18,027 bases of DNA. It comes from Zygophlyctis sp. KS116. Its lineage: Eukaryota; Fungi; Chytridiomycota. Position numbers and translations under genes: made by a program. Below, in pieces: positions 1-12,972 of this stretch; within the stretch, counting starts at the first letter, position 1; each line of letters opens with the position of its first letter. The notes below the pieces were generated by a model. That model worked only from the letters and a program-made list of their open reading frames with translations, was not told the origin of the DNA and did no database searches. The stretch is from the NCBI GenBank assembly GCA_054661495.1, contig BAAFSQ010000203.1, forward strand, positions 1-18,027, in the 5' to 3' direction.

Positions 1-806
1 CTGAACAATAAAATAATGCGTTGCTCAATATAAAATAGTCGCGTTGCTGATTAACTTGACTTTTATGGTGCTCAGTAAAAAAGTTTGATACTACTCACGA
101 AGAGAAATTGAGTATATTTATGCTTGGTGAAAAGGAATACTTTTCGAGACAGTAGTGGATCTTTTACGTCATATATATATCAATATAGCACAGCCTTCCG
201 GTTAATCATTTAGCCTAAATGTTGTTTTGCAAATTTGCACGGTGAATTATTTATCCTAAATGTTCCGGCGCATTTCACGATGCACAAGTACTGAATTTGA
301 CATGACGTAACGGTAATTTATAGAAAAGCCGATCTAGGCACATTATGTTTGAAATTCAATTATGTTTGAAGATGTATGTATGGCCTTTTGAGCGATCGTA
401 TGCAAAGGTGCAAAATAAAATAAAAATGTTGTGTCCGATAATCCGATTCTTTTTATGAGTACTGTGTATAACTTACGAAAATGTAACCTTGAGATTATTA
501 GACGGTGATAACGTTCATTAAAATGAAAGCAGAGGAAAAGAGAACAATTATCCAGTTGTTTGCCATATTGTTACTCAAGGCTGAAAAATATTATTTTTCA
601 GCAACCGACGAAGGTTTGGGAGTGGAAAATCATGCAATTGTTTGATGTTAATTCAAGAAAGTCATATTTTTAATTGATTAGACTATATATATTTCTATTT
701 TACCATCTAAATTCTAACAAGAAAGTTGGATAAGAAAAAAATCGAAGAAAAGGACCAAAACTAACGGACACCGAGGGCCAGTTTCGCGTCAGTGGCCTTG
801 TTTAGA

Positions 807-2956
<2,150 letters not shown>

Positions 2957-2991
2957 TTGAGATTGATGACGTATACCTCTGTGTACTAAGT

Positions 2992-4788
2992 ATGGAACAT
3001 TTCACAGACTCTAATGTCTTGGAGAAACTAAATCAACTCAAGAAATTAGTAATATTACATGTAAATACTACAAACTTGACAGTAGAAACTAGAATTAGCA
3101 AGAAAACATATACATGGGAGTGAGGATGAGCTCATGGCAAGTCTAGTATTCCCTCGTAGCTCTTGTACTGTTGGTTCTATCCATGAATACTCTACAGATG
3201 CTAATAACTCTACAGAAACTCAAATGTCAAACCAACTGCCAAAAGAGAAATCTCAAGAGACTCTCAATACTACAGACATTATACAAACAATGGTTCTACA
3301 AAATATACAATTTCAACAACTTGTAATGTCTAGACTATATTTAAACACTGAACAAACTCAAAAACATAATTTAAATTCTATAGCTACTCAGACTATAGAA
3401 TATAAAAGTAGTAATACTAACAAATCTCTAAAACTACATACAACTGATCAAATTTCACAAGAAATATTCATTCAAAGAGAAGAAAGAGTGGAAAATACAT
3501 CTAAAAGAGCTAGAATTGCATTTATTGCAGTCTTGTTTTTACAAATTCTAAAGAGGAGAGGAATAGAAAAGAGGGAAAATAGACTCAAAGTACAATATAA
3601 TATTATAAATAATGGGAAATTGTCATTATTAAGAATACTAAAAGGAAATACTCAATTTAATCAGGCTATTAATTCAATTTTACAATTAAATACAGATATA
3701 TTAGGATCAGAAAACACATTTAAATTCTTTAAATCAAAATCAAAACAAATCTCTGATTCTATTTTAGGGACTATAAGTCAAATTATTTCTAGTGTTTCTA
3801 GTATAACTTGTAAAAGTGATGATAAAGACATGAAAAATGTTATTCAAGCTTTTCAATTATTAACATCAGCAAAGATATTTAAAGGTTATTACCTTGAAGT
3901 AGAATTGGATGTTTTGCCTCTAGGTAATTTAAAAAAAGTCTTACAATAGAGATTAATCAGAAACTTTTGGGAGTAGAGTACAAGACACTATTGTTGTATT
4001 TTATAATGAGAGTAATTGTACAATTGGTAATTATAATCCTTAAAAAATATAGATTTTAGTGAATCCAGTAGAAAGTTTGGGATTAACTGGGAAATTTGAT
4101 AAATTGTTTTTCAAGAATTTAAAGGTTTTGGGATTTTTGTTGCTAAGGATTGGTATTTTCTAAAGTTTAAACAAGAATAGTTCGTGGAGTTTGTGGACAA
4201 GAGGGACAAATGGCTAATACTTCTCCAGAATTTTTAATTGGTTTGGATTCTAAAAATTCTAATACTTTTACTGATCAAGCTTTTAAAAAGTTTTTCAAGA
4301 GTAATCAGAATTGTATTGTAGAGTCTGAGACTAGACTGGCAAAATGGGTTGAAGAGATTTATAAAGATTTACAAAATTTAAATTTACAAAAAATTGGTCA
4401 ATCTTTAGAGAATAGGACGGAAAGTGGTTCAGTGAATGATTTACATGATTTAGAGACTGATGAGACGGATCAGACTCGGAATATGGAGGAAATTCTATTG
4501 CCTTGTGCTCCCACGGAATCTTTACAATCTGAAAAATTATCAAGTACAATGCAACTCCTTCAATCACAATCACTGTCGCTGCTATCAGGTCAAGTACAAC
4601 CAGTCGCGAATCAAGAATATCCAAAGGGATCACTCTCTCAATTACTATCAAATGAGTCTCAAATAAGACTTAAGGATCAGGCTCAAAATATTGTTTCTTC
4701 TCATTCTTTAAAAATTCAAGATCCTCAGATACCAGAAACAGCTCCAAACACTGTCACTCCTATAGTAGGCGTTGAATCTTCAAAATAA
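2992..4788 (+). CDS. Uncharacterised protein, ~563 aa, with a DUF4587 (C21orf58/PRR29)-like motif; exons 2992-3060, 3086-3923, 3950-4026, 4053-4152, 4181-4788
   Basis: Introns 3061-3085, 3924-3949, 4027-4052 and 4153-4180 give one open frame of 1692 nt linking ORFs 3134 and 4210. DIIQTMVLQNIQFQQLVMSRL resembles the DUF4587 core EDxxELMxxQNAQMHQ. The gene model is good; the family call is tentative. Confidence 0.6.
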
Positions 4789-4818
4789 TTATTTAATTTG
4801 TATTTCCGAAATTGCTAT

Positions 4819-7800
4819 TTACCATTCAAAGTCAAATCTATTTTATGAATGCATGCGATATTTACCTAGCCAAATTGTTAGAGGCTTCCTTCATATCTTT
4901 TTGTGCCTTTTTTCTCATATAGAAAATGGGGCAATCCTGACTTGTACTTTGTATTAAAGGAAATATTAGCATCATACCAAATTACATCCTGGTGTAAGCT
5001 TCCTTGGCAGCGTTGGCATTGCGTCCATAATGAACTAAAGTGAGTCTCCAAATTTCTGATAGAATCCATTTGTCTACTGTACAATTCAGGAACTTGTTCA
5101 GTACAATAATTACAGACTGCTGAATTATCTAAAACATTCAAAACTAATGCAAAGCTTACTACTTAAAGGAACTTTGCAGCCCAAACAAGTTGCTTTTTTG
5201 ACAGCGAATTTCATTAGTCCTCCAGTCGTTGGAGCGGCCACAGATATTGTTCGAGTATGATCACCGGCTAGATTTTAGATAAATGCTTTATACATAAGAG
5301 AGACTGGGCACGATCACCCATAACTGGCTCAAAGATTCGTAATAGTGGTTTTGATAATTGATTATCGAGATAATATTTCGAGTCAATCGGCACATTATTT
5401 TCAAGAACATATAATGGATCTTCAGCTTTTTCATAAGCCGCAGCCCCTAAAATTCATTAATAAAGAGCAATGATACCTTTGGCACCCTTGATAATGACAT
5501 ATGAAACTCGATCACCCAAAGCTGGGGCACTTCCGGCGTCTCTTTTACGCATACGCTCTGCCAATTCTGCATGTGCCTGTTTACCAGCATATTCTGATTT
5601 CCCTAAAGCTTTTGAAATCACCAAGTTTGACAAATCGATTTTATTCTGCAGCAAATCTGCGATTACGCCTTTAACATAGGCTTCAGCAGCAGTAGTGTCC
5701 CGATCAATAAGTAGCTTTCGCAGAGAAGTTTCAATAACTGTCGAAACCAGCCGACAACTATCTCTCCTCACTGTTTCAATCCCTTTGGCGTCTAGCTTAT
5801 CATAAGCCTCGGGCTTTGTCCAATACAATCCAGCGTATCGTTTTTTATTGATTAGTAGATATGGAAAGTAAACTTTTTCGAATTCCAGCTTAATCGGCCG
5901 CTCAAAATGCTCTGTGACATATTCAGCCGCTTCTTGCCCTAGCTTATAAAAAGATGGGTACATACCGAGTGCCATTGCTCCTTTTACATCAGGAGGACCA
6001 AATTTGACCATGACAGAGTCAGTATCTCCATAAATAACTTCTGCATCATGATCATATCCATTTTTAATTGTATATTTGTCTTCAACATACTAACATAAGT
6101 TTTTTGAAATATTACAGTTTTAGTCGCTTCAATCATTTCACGACCATATGCAGTTACTGATGAAGAGATTGCCAAAAGAGGCAGTTTTCCTATTGTGGCT
6201 CCAGTAAAACCGTACACTGAATTGGCACTAATCTAGAAATAAGAAACTGATGCAAACCTTGAGAGCTAGCTGACGACCATCAAGAACAGCCCGTTTGAAT
6301 GGGTCTGTTTCTTTCTTCAGATCGGCCTTTGCTTTCTTTCGTGCACTTAACAAATCTTCCAAAATCGTTGGAAGAAGACCCTTTCGAACTTCAGGCTTCA
6401 CAAATAGATCTTGCATTGAAAAATGAATCACATACCATTATTTGGCGTTTTCTTGTAATCTTTTCCTTCAATTAATTCAAACCGTTCAGCATGAGATTTA
6501 TCTTGTAAATATGTTGAATAGCATAAGTTATGCGCCATCATAATAGAGGGGTACAAAGATGCAAAATCAAGTGTGGCAATAGGAACTTGATAGAAGCCTT
6601 TGGTTGGCTCAATAACTGTAGCTCCCTCATACTGCTCATCAGATCCTAAAATTAAATAATAAAGGATTTATACCTTCAACATCCATGGCCGGAATAAGTA
6701 AATCTTCAGACATTGCTTTTCTATACAATTGGGAAACTACCTTGATTTGCTGACCTCTAGTAAGAATATAATTAAAAGGGACACCAGTAACACGAGCCAT
6801 CTCCATATAATTGATCACACACATAAGTTTATCCAAGAGTCGCTGAGGAAGATACGCATCCTAACATATTAAATAGAATTCCAAAAACCTTTAGGCAGTA
6901 AATTGCCAATCTTCTTCTAGTTTCATCATTTCCATTTTGAAGATCTGTAATTATAGAGTGATGGACATCTTCTTTTTGTTCTCCTAAAAAGTGTGCACAA
7001 ACTGAATTCAAAGAGTAAGACCTAAGCTTATAGTCTCTTTGCATAATTTGTAACAAATCAATTTGTAAACGCCCATCCAAATTTATAGCCTTGCTATCTC
7101 TAGTTCCAAAAGCCTTTGAAGAAAACCTAGTATCCTTTGCATTGGTCTTTAAATCTGTAAATTGAGTAAATCCAAAAACAAACCTTTTACACGACCGAGA
7201 AAAGGAAATTCACGAATTTCCAATGTTTCAGCTCTATCCAAGAGATATGGAAAATCAAAACCATTTATATTATACCCAATAAATATATCAGGATCAACAG
7301 TTTCAACAAATTGCTGCCATTTCTTTAATAATTCTTCTTCTGTATCAAAACTCAGAGTATGAGTTCCAGCAATATTTGCACATTGCTTTAGCGTGAAAAC
7401 ATTTCTAATAATTGGCTTAGACTGACCTTGAAGTGTCACAATATTTGCTATTTGAATCACAGGATCAATTTTTGGATCTGGAAATATCCCTTTCCGCCCA
7501 GCACATTCAATATCAAAACTTAAAATTCTTAAAGGAGCCATTTTCGACCATTCACCCTCTGGTTGATGCGCTTGAATATTTGAATACCTTGAATTATTTT
7601 GCTAGAATTTACCAAACATCCAATTGAATATTACAAGTAGAATTATTTACATTTGATTCGTAATATTTTTCTTTTTTAATTGAAATCCAGCTTCCACCTT
7701 GTATAGCCATATCAATCATAAATCTTAGAGTAAATGGAATATTAGATTCAAAACTATTTTGACAAGATACATTTCCTAATCCATTTACAACTATTCCTTC

Positions 7801-8337
7801 TCTTAAAACTCTTTTACAAGCAGCAATAAAGGAAGGAAGACGTACAATAATTTTTAAAAACAATGCCTTTGATGATCCATGATACCCATAAATATTAGAC
7901 TTTTGGACCATTTCCAAGTCTAGCACAACTGGACCAGAATTAGCCTTTTTATAACCCATTCCTGATTTTACAGATGCATCTAGAGCCTGTAAATAAGAAA
8001 TTTTAAAAGATTCATTAAATCCCTTTGGAGCTGGTACGTAGAAATAAGGTAAAAACCCATATACAGTCGCCAATACCGACGTTCCATCACTTGTCACACC
8101 ATATGCACGTAGAGCAACAACTTCTGAAATAGAATACGGATTATCAAATTTAACATTTTGTGGCAAAACAACTTCATCGATTTCAATGCAATGAAATTCC
8201 AGATTTTCCTTGACTGGACTTGTTTCTCTAGACCAGCTATTTTCATAATTTATCTCTTCAGACTCTAAAATAGCCTCAAAATCAGTCTTTTTAGACTTTT
8301 TCAGGAGAGACTCTTCGGCCGCTCGTTTCATTGCCAT
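4819..8337 (-). CDS. POL3: DNA polymerase delta catalytic subunit, ~1052 aa, 14 exons
   Basis: ExoI SFDIEC, Exo[14 protein letters not shown], region [13 protein letters not shown], region [19 protein letters not shown], region I YGDTDS, KKRYAG, and C-terminal Cys motifs ending CQRCQG...[10 protein letters not shown]. Thirteen introns (7612-7588, 7183-7155, 6888-6861, 6673-6646, 6435-6410, 6257-6233, 6115-6090, 5965-5939, 5476-5447, 5293-5268, 5159-5129, 4977-4947, 4865-4838; 360 nt in total) leave 3159 nt in frame. Confidence 0.97.
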
Positions 8338-8423
8338 GGCCCGCCTCGCCCTTAATCTTTAAAGTCTTTATAAGTCTTTAATACTTGATTTCTTACTTTT
8401 ACGCTATTTTAATATTACTTTTA

Positions 8424-9332
8424 TTAATCAGCCGACGTTTCAGTGTCTTGTAAAGATGCACTTAGTGCTAATCCCAGCTGTAATTCATAATCTTCTTCCT
8501 TTCCAGAATCATTACTTTTAAACAAGTTTTCTACTTTTCCTGCTGCATCTGATGATATATTTTTGACTCTTGTAAGAAAAGATTCTAAAAAAACTTTAGA
8601 TTTTCCAATACTAGCCTTGAAATTTGAATTTTTTAGAAATATTGAATCTTGTAAATTTAAAGTTAATGATTTTGGTGATAGATTAAAGATGAATGATACT
8701 GCTCCCATCTATAATTCTTTAAAAATAATTTAAATTACCATATTAGTTAGTGTAAATTGTACTAATCCTTCAGACACTTTTTCTGGATGTCTATATCTCA
8801 TGATATACTTTATATGAGAGATTAAATCTACTGGTTCAGATCTAATAATTGTAATAATTAGAGCAGGTAGTAAATAATCATTTCCCTTGACTCCTAATTT
8901 TGATATAATACCATTGACTAAATTCCCAAGATTTAATAAAACTACTAATTTATCCCATGGACAAGAGTAGTCTTGCAATTTAAATTCTTGTTTTGGAAAA
9001 GTATTGTCTGGAAATGGTAAATCTAAATGTCTTTCCTTGATCCAAGAGAATTCCTGAATCTTTAGAGATAATAAAGAGTTTGTAGATACTTCATCTGCCG
9101 GACAATATAGACTAGAATATAAATTACAAGTGACTATTTTCTCCCATCCTTCTAGTACTAGTTCCCGATCAAATTCTGGAAATGTGTGACTGACAGACTT
9201 GAGAAACTTGAATATTATTCTTCTCTTCAAAGGAATTGGAGCTTCTAGAGGAAATGTAGAAATAAATTCAGATAGTTTACTAGATTCTTGCGTCGTCTTG
9301 AGTTTAGAGATAAATGTGTCAATATTGATCAT
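8424..9332 (-). CDS. VPS9-domain Rab5-type GEF with C-terminal ubiquitin-interacting motif, ~292 aa; exons 9332-8739, 8708-8424
   Basis: VPS9 hallmarks FSWIKERHLD, PWDKL, GNDYLLPALI (cf. GADDLLP), YIMRYR and FTLTNM|MGAVSFI across a 30-nt intron (8738-8709). UIM-like EEDYELQLGLALSASLQD near the C-terminus. Confidence 0.8.
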
Positions 9333-9340
9333 TACGAAAA

Positions 9341-10549
<1,209 letters not shown>

Positions 10550-10583
10550 TTAATAAGAGTCAAGATTTAGGTTCACTGATCAA
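10550..10583. promoter_or_regulatory. 34-bp spacer between divergent LEU2 and dehydratase start codons (putative bidirectional promoter)
   Basis: Start codons at 10549 (-) and 10584 (+), both matching the expected N-termini of their families. The promoter role is inferred from position only. Confidence 0.55.
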
Positions 10584-12691
10584 ATGGGACAAACAAAGCG
10601 ACCAATGACTTTATGCGAAAAGATCATTTGCAATTCTGCAGTTGGTCTTGATCGCCCTTGGGTAAAACCAGGAGATATGGTGTGCGTGTCTGTAGACTGG
10701 ACGATTGCGTCAGAATTGACTTGGAAAGGGATGGAAAAAACATTTGATTCTATGAATAGGCCAAAGATATTTAGAGCTGATAGATTTTGGTTGGCGATTG
10801 ATCATACTGTTGATCCTTCAAATTATCATTTGCCAAAACCAAAGGAATTAATTGACGCTTCAGAGCGCTTTGCAAAAGAAGCTAAATTAACTGATTTTCA
10901 TGGTCCAAATCAGACAATTCTTCATACAGAATTCTATCGTGAAAGAGCTTTACCAGGTCAAATGATTATTGGTGCAGACTCTCACTCTTGTTCGGCTGGT
11001 GGACTAGGAAATTTTGCTGTAGGCCTAGGAGCTGCAGATGTAGTTATGCCACTAGTAACTGGTGAAACGTGGTTTAAAGTTCCAGAAACAGTTGAAATTA
11101 GATTTGAAGGGCAACTTAAACCTGGGATTGGAGGAAAGGATGTCATCCTGTACGTGTTGGGTATGTTGAAAAGAAATACAGTTGCTTTTGAAAGAGCTGT
11201 AGAGTATACTGGGGATGGTATGTGTTTTTACAAAATATTAAATTCTAAATGAAATCCTAAAAATAGGTTTAAAGTACTTGTCTTGTGATGCAAGGTTTGC
11301 TATTGCAAATATGACTACAGAATTTGGAGGGATTGCTGGAGTATTTCAGGCAGATGAAATTACAGCCGCTTATATTTCTAAACGTAAAAGGCCAGAATAC
11401 TCTACTGGAGGGCTTTATTTTAGAGCAGATACAGATGCTCAGTATGTTGAATCTCATGTGATTGATTTAAGTCTTGTTGACTCAATGGCAGCATTATATC
11501 CCTCTCCTGATAACGTGGTACATGTTGACAAATTTGCGGGTACTTCTTTAGATGGGTGTTTTATTGGAGCATGTACAACTGGTGAAGAGGATTTGATCTT
11601 GGCCGCATTGGTTTTAGAAGCTGGTTTAAAGAAAGGATGGATGCCTTGTTTAACTGGAAAACGAAAAGTCACACCTGGATCAGTCAGTATTGTCGCCAAG
11701 CTTCGTAAATATGGTCTTTTGGATATTTATACCAAGGCTGGATTCGAAATTGGAGCTCCAGGATGCTCTTACTGTCTGGGAATTGCGGCTGATAAGGCCG
11801 GTGAGGGTGAAGTTTGGTTATCATCTCAAAATCGAAACTTTAAAAATCGAATGGGTAAAGGTTCGATTGGGAATCTAGCTTCAGCAGCAACAGTGGCTGC
11901 TTCCTCTTTTGAAATGAAGGTGGTGAATCCTAGAATATTATTAGATGAAATTGATTATTCACGATTCAAATCAATGTCGATCGGAGAAGAAAAAGAATCA
12001 ATCGATCTTGTCATTTCAGAACCTGCTCCAAGAACAGGTGAGCCAGTTAGTAAAGCTGTATCAACTGATTCGCAAAAAGGAAATGCATTTGAGCATCTAC
12101 CCAGTACCATTTCTGGAAAGGTACAGCGATTTGAAGATCATGTTGATACTGATGGTAATAACATATACTTTTGATAATTTAGCAATTATACCAGCAGAAT
12201 TTATGCCGGGAACTTCAGACAAGGATTTAGGGACGCATTGTTTCCAATACGTTCGTCCTGATTTCCGTGAAAAGGCTGCATCAGGATCTTCCATTGTTGT
12301 TGCCGGAGTTGGTTTTGGTTCCGGTTCTTCAAGAGAAGAAGCCCCGAGAGCATTATTGGGTTGTGGAATTAAAGCTGTGATTGCCAAGTCATACGCTTAC
12401 ATATACTCTAGGAATCAGCCCAATATGGCTCTTCTTGGGGTTGTTGTGAAAGATCCAAAATTCTATGAAAAGGCTGTGGAGGGTGTTCATGTAGAACTTG
12501 ATATTCCTAATAGAGCTGTAAAAGTTGGAAGTGAAGCTTATCCATTTGAACTTGATCCTATGGAAGAAATGCTGATCGCTGGTGGTGGTGTCACCTCTCT
12601 CTACTCTAAATTTGGCTCTAGTCTTTTCCGAAAAACTATTGAAAAATCTCAGAATCAACAGTGTGGCAATAATAAAGCGATTGATTTTTAG
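10584..12691 (+). CDS. Aconitase-family dehydratase, fused LeuC-like and LeuD-like domains (isopropylmalate isomerase/homoaconitase type, HtyD/AMT8-like), ~676 aa; exons 10584-11217, 11267-12154, 12183-12691
   Basis: [38 protein letters not shown], Fe-S Cys motifs GACTTG and [19 protein letters not shown], and swivel-domain motifs VDTDAIIP and [10 protein letters not shown]. Introns 11218-11266 (49 nt) and 12155-12182 (28 nt) restore one frame. Confidence 0.9.
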
Positions 12692-12972
12692 TTTACGTGG
12701 CCATGGTAAAGAATAAAACGTTATATACTCTTAACCTTTAAACGCCCTATGTATGATTATTATTGGTTGTTGTGATCGACTCAAGCTTATCTAATTTCAT
12801 ATCTAGTCTATTATTACTTATTTCAAAACCTATTATTTTTCATCTAGAAAGGTCTATCTAATCTATGCGGATCAATAACTTTGTATTCCCAATACAGTCT
12901 TTTTCAGCTTTATATGCCAACATCAAAATCCATATTCATTAATAGATATTTTCAACCTAATATTTTAAATCT

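Noticed and set aside
1-806. Possible ncRNA or gene in the first 800 bp (GGCCTTTTG at ~383 resembles the U2 5-prime end; short direct repeats GCGTTGCT and ATTATGTTTGAA)
   Set aside because: No GTAGTA branch-pairing motif follows, and I see no tRNA fold or convincing spliced ORF. Treated as intergenic, although an Rfam search could not be run.
4331-7627. Short ORFs 4331-4651, 4460-4666, 4772-4957, 5470-5679, 7162-7362, 7433-7627
   Set aside because: Antisense or off-frame shadows of real exons, with no recognisable motifs.
11218-11266. 49-nt intron as two nested ~25-nt introns (stwintron)
   Set aside because: There is no internal AG to end an inner intron.
12697-12710. X-box (RFX)-like GTGGCCATGGTAAA
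   Set aside because: Imperfect match lying in a convergent 3-prime spacer, not upstream of any gene.
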